A program made the translations under genes and the position numbers. Under the pieces are notes generated by a model. That model was not told where the DNA came from. It worked only from the letters and a program-made list of their open reading frames with translations, and ran no database searches. Of a stretch of 20,000 nt of DNA, positions 1-8,353 are shown one piece after another (the first letter of the stretch is position 1; each line of letters begins with the position of its first letter). The stretch comes from an uncultured virus (IMG/VR IMGVR_UViG_2799112846_000001) (Duplodnaviria; Heunggongvirae; Uroviricota; Caudoviricetes), in the IMG/VR virus record IMGVR_UViG_2799112846_000001, positions 46,481 to 66,480 of that record; one strand, written 5' to 3'.

Positions 1-1
1 T

Positions 2-175
2 CATATCTATATAGACAGACGAATGTGCCCTAAGACTTACAAAGAGTTTACTCACTATGAGTATCTCCAAGACAGAGAAGGTAACTGGATTAGTGATTAT
101 CCAGATGAAAATAACCACAGCATAGACGCTACAAGGTACGCATTGGAAAGATATTGCAATAGACGAGGTAATTAA
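2..175 (+). CDS. terL: Terminase large subunit, C-terminal fragment (PBSX-family nuclease domain), truncated by window start
   Basis: Manual translation of frame 2: HIYIDRRMCPKTYKEFTHYEYLQDREGNWISDYPDENNHSIDATRYALERYCNRRGN*. The 'CP..EF..Y.Y..D..G.....YPD..NH.IDA.RYALE' pattern is typical of PBSX-type TerL C-termini, and the gene lies upstream of the portal. Confidence 0.9.
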   Translation, partial: HIYIDRRMCPKTYKEFTHYEYLQDREGNWISDYPDENNHSIDATRYALERYCNRRGN

Positions 176-178
176 GAT

Positions 179-430
179 ATGGCAAATAAAGCAACTGGAA
201 TCAAATCACGACGCAACAAGTCGTGGAAAGGACAAGACACATCAGGTGTCTACGGTGCGAATAAGCGAGGTAGCAGTAATCGAGGTAAGAATTATAATAC
301 CGGCGATAATACTCTAAAGAAAACAAAGGGTATTGATGATTTGCAGGGCGAGACTAAAGAGAAGCGTGGACGCACTAAAAGTAATGCACCTAGAGGTAAG
401 AAGAAAGGTACAGGAAAGGGACATAACTAA
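179..430 (+). CDS. Small, very basic K/R/G-rich hypothetical protein
   Basis: 83-aa ORF starting 3 nt after the terL stop; its stop overlaps the next ATG (TAATG). About a quarter of residues are K/R. Confidence 0.65.
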   Translation: MANKATGIKSRRNKSWKGQDTSGVYGANKRGSSNRGKNYNTGDNTLKKTKGIDDLQGETKEKRGRTKSNAPRGKKKGTGKGHN

Positions 431-1077
431 TGCCGCAGTTATTAAATACATCTGTAAGAGAATATATTGGTGTTGGTGAATATGACATACCAGCTATTCA
501 GCCCGTATATGAGATGCCTAAGATAAATGATTGGTTAGAGTTTGAGAAAGCAAAGCGAGCCAGACATAAATCTAAAGCATCCGGAGTGCATTTCTTTGAG
601 TATGATTTTAAGTTTGAGTGTGTATGGAATTTTCCAGATAGATATGTTGATGTATTGTCACAATATGGGGCTGTCATAACACCCGATTTTTCTTATTATA
701 TAGATTTTCCAAAAGCGTTAAGAGTCTTTAATAAATATCGTATGCATTGGATTACAGCATATTGGCAGGAGCGGGGCATTACAGTGATACCACTCATACG
801 ATACGGTTTGGAAGAAGATTGGGATTGGTGTTTCGACGGATACCCTATAGACAGTATTGTAGCAGTATCAGCAGTAGGTGGTGGAAAATCAGCAGAACAC
901 ATAGAAGCCGGTATGCGTGGATATGAAGAGATGCTGAAACGACTCCAACCAAGAGAGATACTTGTATATACTAATACATTTGATTATCTACCGGGTAATG
1001 TAACATACATAAAGTATGATATAGATAAGCACATAAAAGGTATTGACGATACAAATAAGGAGGAAGATGATGATTAG
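430..1077 (+). CDS. DUF4417-like phage protein
   Basis: Motifs 'G.YDIP.I', 'GVHFF.YD.KFE.VWN.P', 'ITPDFS.Y.D.P', 'N.YR..W...YWQ..GI.VIP', 'WCFDG.P..S.VAVS' and 'GY.EML.RL.P..IL.Y' match my recollection of the DUF4417 family, which often lies next to phage packaging genes. Confidence 0.8.
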   Translation: MPQLLNTSVREYIGVGEYDIPAIQPVYEMPKINDWLEFEKAKRARHKSKASGVHFFEYDFKFECVWNFPDRYVDVLSQYGAVITPDFSYYIDFPKALRVFNKYRMHWITAYWQERGITVIPLIRYGLEEDWDWCFDGYPIDSIVAVSAVGGGKSAEHIEAGMRGYEEMLKRLQPREILVYTNTFDYLPGNVTYIKYDIDKHIKGIDDTNKEEDDD

Positions 1078-2920
1078 TTTTTCTCAAATCTTAGAAAAAT
1101 TAAAGGAGGTATTTGCTAAGATGATAGGCACCAAATCAATAGAAAACGTACTACATGTAGCACCTGTTATGTCGAGCGCAATGCAGAATCAAATACAGCT
1201 ATGGGAAGCTATGTACACAGGACATTCTCCGTGGTTAAAGTCAGCAACCTTTGATGACCCTAGTGTTATAGTTGGGCTTGGACTTCCACAGCAGATAGCA
1301 AACGAGAAAGCACGTACAGCACTGCTTGAGTTTAAGAGTGAAGTAACTACTCCAATGAAGGAAGTTGAGACACCTAGAGAGAACGCAGGCGAGAACATTT
1401 TAGAGCGTTTTAAACAGGATAATCAAGCAGATACGACAAATAATACAACTAACGCTACAGAAAGCAAAGAAAACGCTTCTAGCAATGCTACAGACGCTAA
1501 TACAAATCAGTTTAGCAGATATAATACATCACAGTTTCATCCACAAGCTACAGTTAAAGAATTAGTGCCAAAAGGTCCAACACAAAGGGCTGAGTATCTT
1601 AACAAGACATATCAAAAGAAGGTACTTAGAAAACTAAGAACACAAATGGAATGTGGTATCGCATTAGGTGGACTTGTAATAAAGCCATATGTAATAATGA
1701 ATGATACAGACGATAACGACACTAATGAAAATGCACTGACACTAAACACTAAGTTAGATAAAGCTGATATGGAGTTTGACTTTGTATATGCCAATAACTT
1801 TTATCCATTAGCATTTAATGGTAGCGGAGATATTACAGAAGCGGCATTTATTGAGCGTAAAGTTGATAAAGATATAACATACAGTAGATTAGAGCATCAT
1901 AAGTACGCTAATCACAAAGTTACTATAACAAATATGGCTTTTAAATCTACAGCAAAGACACAGAACAGCAACAATGATTTAGGACAGCAGATACCGCTTA
2001 AATCAGTACCTGAGTGGCAGAATATAGAAGAAACTACTATTATAAAGAATGTAGACAGACTTTTGTTTGCATATTTCAAAATGCCAGAAGCTAATACAGT
2101 AGATATTCATAGTCCACTAGGTGTTAGTGGTTTTGATAAAGCTATTCACCTTATCGAAGAAGCCGACAAGCAATTCAGCAGACTTCTTTGGGAGTACGAA
2201 GGTGGTGAACTAGCTATTGATATAGACAGAGATGCTTTACGTGATACTGAGGTTAGAAATGATAAGGGTGAACTTATCATTACGTCTAAGATGGGACATT
2301 TACAGCAGAGACTTTATAGACCAGTAGATATTGGAGCAGACGGAGATACATATAATCAATATGCACCAGTTCTACGTGATGCGAGCTATATTAGTGGACT
2401 TAATACTATACTGATGCATATAGAAGATGTAACAGGACTTTCACGAGGAACACTTTCTCAGGTAGATACAGCAGAAGCAAGAACAGCTACCGAGCTTAGA
2501 ATATTGAAGCAGAGAAGTTACCAGACAAATGCTGAGATTCAAAAAGCTATGCAGATATGTCTTGAAGACCTAGTATATGTAATGAATGTACTTTGTGAGT
2601 TATATGACATCACACCTGCCGGGGAGTATGAAGTATCTTTCGAGTGGGATGACAGTATCTTAGTTGACGTAGAAGAAGAACTTGGAAAGAGAATGACGCT
2701 TCTACAGAATGGTCTTATGAGTAAGAAAGAACTACGTATGTGGTACATGGGCGAGACTGAGAGACAAGCTAGAGAAGCACTGTTAGAAGTACAGGAAGAG
2801 AATAGAGTAGCAGTTGAAGATAATATAATGACGCAGATGGATATGGGACAACTCGGATTAGATGATACACTTCAAAGAAGTCCTGATAGTTTTAAGCAGG
2901 GAATGAACAATGCTCAATGA
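1070..2920 (+). CDS. Portal protein (A118/SPP1-like)
   Basis: Large ORF after terL. Motifs 'YFKMPEAN.VD.HSPLGVS.F', 'D.QFSRLLWEYEGGE', 'TATE' and 'VSFEWDDS' are typical of A118-type portals. AAGGAGG precedes ATGs at 1067/1070; an alternative in-frame ATG at 1121 also has an RBS. Confidence 0.9.
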   Translation: MISFSQILEKLKEVFAKMIGTKSIENVLHVAPVMSSAMQNQIQLWEAMYTGHSPWLKSATFDDPSVIVGLGLPQQIANEKARTALLEFKSEVTTPMKEVETPRENAGENILERFKQDNQADTTNNTTNATESKENASSNATDANTNQFSRYNTSQFHPQATVKELVPKGPTQRAEYLNKTYQKKVLRKLRTQMECGIALGGLVIKPYVIMNDTDDNDTNENALTLNTKLDKADMEFDFVYANNFYPLAFNGSGDITEAAFIERKVDKDITYSRLEHHKYANHKVTITNMAFKSTAKTQNSNNDLGQQIPLKSVPEWQNIEETTIIKNVDRLLFAYFKMPEANTVDIHSPLGVSGFDKAIHLIEEADKQFSRLLWEYEGGELAIDIDRDALRDTEVRNDKGELIITSKMGHLQQRLYRPVDIGADGDTYNQYAPVLRDASYISGLNTILMHIEDVTGLSRGTLSQVDTAEARTATELRILKQRSYQTNAEIQKAMQICLEDLVYVMNVLCELYDITPAGEYEVSFEWDDSILVDVEEELGKRMTLLQNGLMSKKELRMWYMGETERQAREALLEVQEENRVAVEDNIMTQMDMGQLGLDDTLQRSPDSFKQGMNNAQ

Positions 2921-4115
2921 TGTAGATATTGACAACTTAATACAGCCCTTTATTGATAGACAGATACAGTTAGAAAGCTATGTCATTAACACTATTGCAA
3001 CACGAGTAAAAGAAGTTGGTACATTGTCTAAGACAGACGTGTACCGACTTCAACAATTACTTAAAATAGGTAGTGATGTTAGAAGTATCAATAAACAGAT
3101 AGCTACAGTGTTAAATATCCAAGAGACACAAGTTAAGAAAATGATAAAGGACGTAGCAGTAGATACTTATAAAGGAGCACGTCCGTTCTATGATTATAGA
3201 CGAACTGCACAAGTACCTTATGAAACTAATAAACGACTACAGCAAAGTGTTAATGCTATAGGAAAACAGACCGCAGATACGTTTAAGAATCTGTCTAACT
3301 CTAAAGCAACTGGATTTTATATTCGTGATGCCAAGAATCGAACTACATTAAAGTTTCAGTCTGTAACTGACACCTATCAAAGCGTTATAGATGAGGCAGT
3401 TCAATCTGTACAGACCGGAGTTTTGGATTTTGATAGTGCTATGAGAAGAACACTAAAGCAGTTAAACGACAGTGGGCTACGTAGAGTTTATTGGGATAGC
3501 GGACATACAAGACGCTTAGATAGCACAGTTCGTATGAATATATTAGGTGGAGTACGTCAAATCAATCAAAAGGTGCAACAGCAGATAGCAGATGAAATAA
3601 ACGCAGATGGAATAGAATTATCAGCACATAGTTTTTCAGCACCTGACCATGAGCCAATACAAGGACATATATTCACGCTAGAAAACTTTGATAAGCTCCA
3701 AAATGAAAGAGCTTTTGAAGATACATATGGTCATAAGTTTAGTGCGATAAGACGTCCTATAGGTGAGTGGAACTGTAAGCATTTAACTCAGGCTGTTGTT
3801 ATAGATGCACATACACCTATATGGAGTTTAGCTGAATTAGAAGAACTGAAAAAAGCTAATCATGACGGTTATACTACTAAAGACGGAAAGCATTTAACTA
3901 TGTATGAATGTACTCAAGTACAGCGTAGCTATGAGACATCTATTCGATATGCTAAAGAGGGATATATAATGGCTAAAAATGCGGGTAATGAAAAGCTCAT
4001 GGACGAGTATGAAGCAAAGATTAGCCAGCTCAATAATGAGTATAGACAGTTCAGTAAAGACTGTGGTTTATCTATGCAGAAGAAACGTGCTTCTGTCAGT
4101 GGTTTTTATAAATAG
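2910..4115 (+). CDS. Minor head (capsid morphogenesis) protein, Phage_min_cap2-like
   Basis: Follows and overlaps the portal. Contains 'SGHTRRLDS.VR.NIL.G', 'ELSAH..SAPDHEPIQG', 'PIGEWNCKH' and 'T.YECTQ.QR.YET.IR..K'. Confidence 0.85.
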   Translation: MLNDVDIDNLIQPFIDRQIQLESYVINTIATRVKEVGTLSKTDVYRLQQLLKIGSDVRSINKQIATVLNIQETQVKKMIKDVAVDTYKGARPFYDYRRTAQVPYETNKRLQQSVNAIGKQTADTFKNLSNSKATGFYIRDAKNRTTLKFQSVTDTYQSVIDEAVQSVQTGVLDFDSAMRRTLKQLNDSGLRRVYWDSGHTRRLDSTVRMNILGGVRQINQKVQQQIADEINADGIELSAHSFSAPDHEPIQGHIFTLENFDKLQNERAFEDTYGHKFSAIRRPIGEWNCKHLTQAVVIDAHTPIWSLAELEELKKANHDGYTTKDGKHLTMYECTQVQRSYETSIRYAKEGYIMAKNAGNEKLMDEYEAKISQLNNEYRQFSKDCGLSMQKKRASVSGFYK

Positions 4116-4129
4116 CATGGATAAAAAAT

Positions 4130-4157
4130 AGTTTACATAATAATTATTATGTCGTAT
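4130..4157 (-). other. dif-like XerC/XerD recombination site candidate
   Basis: Minus strand reads ATACGACATAA-TAATTA-TTATGTAAACT (11-6-11). The right arm equals the B. subtilis dif XerD/RipX arm as I recall it (TTATGTAAACT); the left arm ends in CATAA like XerC arms. Confidence 0.55.
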
Positions 4158-4160
4158 AAT
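4132..4160 (+). promoter_or_regulatory. Sigma-A-type promoter candidate upstream of the scaffold/capsid genes
   Basis: TTTACA (4132-4137), 17-bp spacer, TATAAT (4155-4160). A perfect 18-bp palindrome ACATAATAATTATTATGT (4135-4152) spans the spacer. Confidence 0.6.
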
Positions 4161-4358
4161 ATTTATGTAAAAGATTGTTGTTTTGACAATTCTTTTTATT
4201 CTCCAATAACTACGTGATGGTTGTAGGGGGCACTCCTCTCCTATTACGTAGTTTGAGAGCTAATGTCGAGCATAAAGACGTTAAAACAAATGCCATTCAG
4301 TCCACACTGTAATGGACGATTAAATAAAACAGATATAAATGAATGAGGAGGACGCACA

Positions 4359-5027
4359 ATGACAATTAAAGAGATTTTTGAGAAGTCTACAGAACCGCTT
4401 ACTTATGAGAGTTTTGAAAAGCTGATGAAAGAAAGCGGAGCAAAGTTTGCAGATTTATCTGAGGGTAACTATGTTAGCAAAGATAAGTTTGACAACGAAG
4501 TAGCCGGTAAGGAGGGTCAAATCAATCAGCTTAATGATACACTCAAAGCTAGAGATAAGGATTTGAAAGACTTGAAAGCACAGCTTAAGGAAGCTGGCAC
4601 TGATGCAGATAAACTAACTGAGCTAGAGACACAGTTGGGTAATCTACAAACACAGTATAAGCAGGATACAGATAACTATAAAGCACAGTTATCAAAACAG
4701 GCTTATGAGTTTGCAGTAAAAGAGTTTGCAAGCGGAAAGAAGTTTTCAAGTAATGCGGCTAAACGAGATTTTATCAACTCTATGCTTGCCAAAGAATTGA
4801 AGATGGAAGGCGATAAGATTTTAGGAGCAGAGGATTTTGTTACAACTTATTCGGCAGATAATGCAGATGCATTTGTAGTTGAACAAGTAGAGAAGAAAGA
4901 ACCAGAAGCACCAAAGCCACAATTCTCTAATTCAGTGAGTCCGGATACAAACAATCAACCGACAAACGATAATCCGTTCGGATTCCATTTTAATGCTATC
5001 CGACAAAATCCAAATCAAAATAAGTAA
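4359..5027 (+). CDS. Capsid scaffolding protein (Phage_GP20-like)
   Basis: Charged coiled-coil protein with 'G.YVSKDKF' and 'LK.RDKDL.DLK', directly before the major capsid gene. GAGGAGG RBS. Confidence 0.85.
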   Translation: MTIKEIFEKSTEPLTYESFEKLMKESGAKFADLSEGNYVSKDKFDNEVAGKEGQINQLNDTLKARDKDLKDLKAQLKEAGTDADKLTELETQLGNLQTQYKQDTDNYKAQLSKQAYEFAVKEFASGKKFSSNAAKRDFINSMLAKELKMEGDKILGAEDFVTTYSADNADAFVVEQVEKKEPEAPKPQFSNSVSPDTNNQPTNDNPFGFHFNAIRQNPNQNK

Positions 5028-5041
5028 AGGAGATTAAAATT

Positions 5042-6046
5042 ATGCCAACAAGTTATGTAGCACCAGCAAATAATGGTACAGCGGGAACTTATGATGGTTC
5101 AACAGCTATGGGTTCACTCAACTATGCTGACGATTATCAAAGAGCACTTGAGCAGAACTTCCCTTATGTTCTTAATTATGGAGCACTTTATTCAACTCCA
5201 AATAACGGAAGATTTAAGTGGATTAACTCTAAGACAATCGAGATTCCATCAATCAGTACAACAGGACGTGTAGATGCAGATAGAGACACTATTGCATTTG
5301 CACAGAGAAACTTTAGTAACAAGTGGGTTCCAAAGACACTTGAGAATCAGAGAAAGTGGTCTACACTTGTTCATCCTAGAGATATTGATGAGACAAATAT
5401 GGTAGCAACTATCGGAAACATTACTCAGGTATTTAATGATGAGCATAAGTTCCCAGAGATGGATGCTTACTGCATTTCAAAGATTTATGCAGATTGGACA
5501 TCTATGAAGAATCCTGATACAGGAGAAACACATGTAGCAGACACAACAGTTCTTACTACAGCAAACATCCTTTCAGTATTCGATTCACTGATGCTCAATA
5601 TGGATAATGGTAGAGTTCCTGCAAACGGACGTATTCTCTATGCTCCATTTGAGATTCTTACTATTCTTAAAGAAGCTGAGAAGATTTCACGTTCTATGGA
5701 TATTACAAGCGGTCCTAACGCTATTGATAGACGTGTTAATAGACTTGACCAGGTACAGGTTATCGGTGTTCCTTCAACACTTATGAAGACTCTTTATGAG
5801 TTCACAACAGATTATGCGATAGCTGATGATGCACAGCAGATTAGCATGTTCCTTGTTCATCCACTCGCAGTTATCACACCTGTTAGCTACTCATTCAGTA
5901 AGCTTGATGCTCCATCAGCTATGTCTGAAGGTAAGTGGGTTTACTATGAAGAGTCATTCGAGGATGTATTCGTACTTGAGAATAAGTCAAATGCTATTCA
6001 GTTCAATGTATCAAATAGTGGTGGAACTGGTACAGGTACAAACTAA
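5042..6046 (+). CDS. Major capsid protein
   Basis: 334 aa after the scaffold. Motifs 'LNYA..Y...L.Q.F', 'KTIEIPSIST.GR.D' and 'FNDEHKFPEMDAY..SKIY'; strongly biased codon usage suggests high expression. Confidence 0.9.
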   Translation: MPTSYVAPANNGTAGTYDGSTAMGSLNYADDYQRALEQNFPYVLNYGALYSTPNNGRFKWINSKTIEIPSISTTGRVDADRDTIAFAQRNFSNKWVPKTLENQRKWSTLVHPRDIDETNMVATIGNITQVFNDEHKFPEMDAYCISKIYADWTSMKNPDTGETHVADTTVLTTANILSVFDSLMLNMDNGRVPANGRILYAPFEILTILKEAEKISRSMDITSGPNAIDRRVNRLDQVQVIGVPSTLMKTLYEFTTDYAIADDAQQISMFLVHPLAVITPVSYSFSKLDAPSAMSEGKWVYYEESFEDVFVLENKSNAIQFNVSNSGGTGTGTN

Positions 6047-6060
6047 AGAGGAGTTTTATT

Positions 6061-6285
6061 ATGACAGTTGTTCGTAAGGCAAATAGAATAATAAGAGTTA
6101 CCGATAATGAGTTACCTAGATATTTAGCTAACGGATATGTACAGGTAGACGTGGAGCGTAAAGCTCCACGCACACCTGATGCAGAGCCTAAGTTAGAATC
6201 AAAGGAAACTGAATCTCAAATCTTTGAGTCAGCTTTTAAAGAAGAAGCTACCTCAAAGCCAAGAACAAGACGTAATAAAAAGTAA
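6061..6285 (+). CDS. Small hypothetical virion-associated protein
   Basis: 74-aa ORF with GAGGAG RBS right after the capsid gene. N-terminal 'V.K.NR...V......YL..GY' pattern and a charged tail, as often seen at this position. Confidence 0.7.
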   Translation: MTVVRKANRIIRVTDNELPRYLANGYVQVDVERKAPRTPDAEPKLESKETESQIFESAFKEEATSKPRTRRNKK

Positions 6286-6292
6286 TTGAAAG

Positions 6293-6769
6293 GTGGTGGA
6301 GTCAATGTACCTAACTTATGCTGATTATCAAAATATGGGTGGGACGTTAGATGAAACCACTTTTAATACTTTTGAGTATGAAGCAGAGACTATAGTAAAC
6401 TGGTATACATTTAATCGACTCAAAGACGAGACTGAATATCCAGAAGAGTTAGCTAGATGTATGTTTAGACTTATCTACTTAGCTAAATTAGAAGCTGACG
6501 CATTATTACTTGGTAAACAAGTAACAGTTACTAGAGATGCAGAGGGAGAAGTTATAAATACAGCAGAAACTAGCGCAAATATAAAGTCACAGTCTAATGA
6601 TGGTGTATCAGTTAGCTATAACTCAGTTGATGCTAGTGACATCTTTGGAGCGTTATCGAAGAACAGTAAAGATAATCCGCTTATGAATACAGTATTTAGA
6701 TACTTACAAGGTGTAAGAAATAGTAAAGGCTACAGACTCACATATAGAGGTTTATATCCAGATGAATAA
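6293..6769 (+). CDS. Head-tail connector/adaptor (gp15/gp6-like)
   Basis: 'YLTYADYQ.MGG', 'TFNRL', 'SQSNDGVSVSY' and a C-terminal 'L.YRGL'; synteny. The start may be the ATG at 6305. Confidence 0.8.
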   Translation: MVESMYLTYADYQNMGGTLDETTFNTFEYEAETIVNWYTFNRLKDETEYPEELARCMFRLIYLAKLEADALLLGKQVTVTRDAEGEVINTAETSANIKSQSNDGVSVSYNSVDASDIFGALSKNSKDNPLMNTVFRYLQGVRNSKGYRLTYRGLYPDE

Positions 6770-7445
6770 TATATATGGTTATATCTATTTGACAACTAAC
6801 CTAAGAAATGCTAAAAAGTATATAGGACAACATAAAGGTAGTAAGCTAGATGCAAACTATTTTGGCAGTGGTACTTTAATAGCAAAAGCACTACACAAAT
6901 ATGGTAAAACAAATTTTAAGTGCGAGATAATAGATATAGCGTATTCAAAGGAAGAACTTGACACTAAGGAGATTTATTGGATAGGTTATTATGACGCTGT
7001 GCAATCAACAGATTATTATAATCTTGCAAAAGGCGGAACAATAACGGGCAGAGAAGTTGGACATTCAGTAAGCGAAGAAACTAGAGAGAAAATTCGTAAA
7101 GCAAACATAGGTAAAAAAGCTTCAAAAGAAACAAGAGCAAAGTTAAGCAGAATACAAAAAGGTAAAAAGTGTGGTGATAAAAATCCTGCAAAGCGTCCTG
7201 ATGTAAGAGAAAAGCTTAAACTTGCTAATAAAGGAAGTAATAATCCTGCTTACGGAAAACATTGGTTTACTAACGGTGTAGATACTGTATATGCGTATGA
7301 GTGTCCAGATGGGTATGTTCCCGGAAGAGGTACACATAAATCTAATAAATCTAAAATTGTGGGTAGACATTGGTATAACAACGGTGTAATGGAAATTATG
7401 GCGTATGAATGCCCCGAAGGATATAGTGAAGGGAGATTATACTAA
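6762..7445 (+). CDS. Free-standing GIY-YIG homing endonuclease with NUMOD3-type DNA-binding repeats
   Basis: N-terminal 'YGYIYLTTNLRNAKKYIGQH', 'YFGSG', 'E.YWI' and 'YYNLAKGG'. Then 'GHSVSEETREKIRKANIGKKASKETRAKLS' (NUMOD3-like) and two 'HW..NG....AYECP.GY..GR' repeats. Confidence 0.92.
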   Translation: MNNIYGYIYLTTNLRNAKKYIGQHKGSKLDANYFGSGTLIAKALHKYGKTNFKCEIIDIAYSKEELDTKEIYWIGYYDAVQSTDYYNLAKGGTITGREVGHSVSEETREKIRKANIGKKASKETRAKLSRIQKGKKCGDKNPAKRPDVREKLKLANKGSNNPAYGKHWFTNGVDTVYAYECPDGYVPGRGTHKSNKSKIVGRHWYNNGVMEIMAYECPEGYSEGRLY

Positions 7446-7897
7446 TGAATAATTCAAACTTCCCAGCATGGTGGGAAACCACAATAACTGTATATAACAA
7501 GTTTACAGACCCGCAGACTAAAGTTGTGCGTTGGTATAAAACTGTAATCACAGGTGCTTTTTGGAAAGATATTCACGAAAAAGTAAAGATAGGACAAACA
7601 GTGTTAGAAACTAATAGCATTATTTGTCGTATACGAAAAGATGATAGATTTCTTGAAAAGTATCTATGGGTACAAAAACCTAATGATGAGATGGCAAACT
7701 ACTTTACATTAGGTAAGGGAGATATTATCATAAGAGGAGAAGTAGAAGATACTATAGACGAGTATCAATCAGGCAGACGTTCTACTGACCTGATAGCAAA
7801 ATACAAAGAGCTTCAAGGTTGTATGAGTGTAGAAGAATCAACTATAAATGTAGGAGCAGGTAGATGTAATGAACATTATTTAGCAAGAGGTATTTAA
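7445..7897 (+). CDS. Head closure / head-tail joining protein
   Basis: 'TITVYNK..D', 'WYKTVI.G.FW', 'FTL.KGDIII.GEV' and C-terminal 'HY.ARG'; position after the connector. Confidence 0.7.
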   Translation: MNNSNFPAWWETTITVYNKFTDPQTKVVRWYKTVITGAFWKDIHEKVKIGQTVLETNSIICRIRKDDRFLEKYLWVQKPNDEMANYFTLGKGDIIIRGEVEDTIDEYQSGRRSTDLIAKYKELQGCMSVEESTINVGAGRCNEHYLARGI

Positions 7898-7900
7898 TGT

Positions 7901-8353
7901 ATGGCATGGATGAGACTACAAGTAGTGAATGAAGATTATATTGACCAAGTTACATCTTGGTTATTATCCCTTGTAGATAGTCCTAAAGTGCGTAGAGGTA
8001 TGAATGAGATTATTGCTGAATTATGTACTCCGTATGTACCAGTTAAAACGGGAGCATTACGAGACTCAGTTGCAATAGGTCCTAAAGAGATACAATGGCG
8101 AACTGATTATGCACGTTATCAGTACTACGGATTTGTATATCGACCAAACTACTTTATAGGATATGACGCTATGGGAGAAGCTATGTTTCGTTCTCCAGCT
8201 GGTAAGAAGAAATACCCTACAAGCATACCTCTTACATATCATAGAGGTGGTGGAGCATTTTGGTTTGAAACTATGCTTGCTCAAAAGAGTAGTGAAATGG
8301 ATTCAAAGCTCACAGCATACTTAGAAGCAGAATGTAAAAGGAGAGGATTATGA
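7901..8353 (+). CDS. Neck/tail completion protein (Minor_capsid_2-like, A118 gp10-like)
   Basis: 'PYVPVKTGALRDS', 'YARYQYYG' and 'GAFWFE' are typical motifs of this family; synteny. Confidence 0.8.
   Translation: MAWMRLQVVNEDYIDQVTSWLLSLVDSPKVRRGMNEIIAELCTPYVPVKTGALRDSVAIGPKEIQWRTDYARYQYYGFVYRPNYFIGYDAMGEAMFRSPAGKKKYPTSIPLTYHRGGGAFWFETMLAQKSSEMDSKLTAYLEAECKRRGL

Noticed and set aside
6020..6290. A118-style frameshift extension of the capsid (or tail tube) with an Ig-like domain
   Set aside because: No CCC-TAA-type shift site or downstream Ig-like frame seen. The next ORF has its own RBS.
6762..7445. Group I intron hosting the GIY-YIG gene
   Set aside because: Both flanking genes look complete and overlap the ORF directly, leaving no non-coding space for an intron core.
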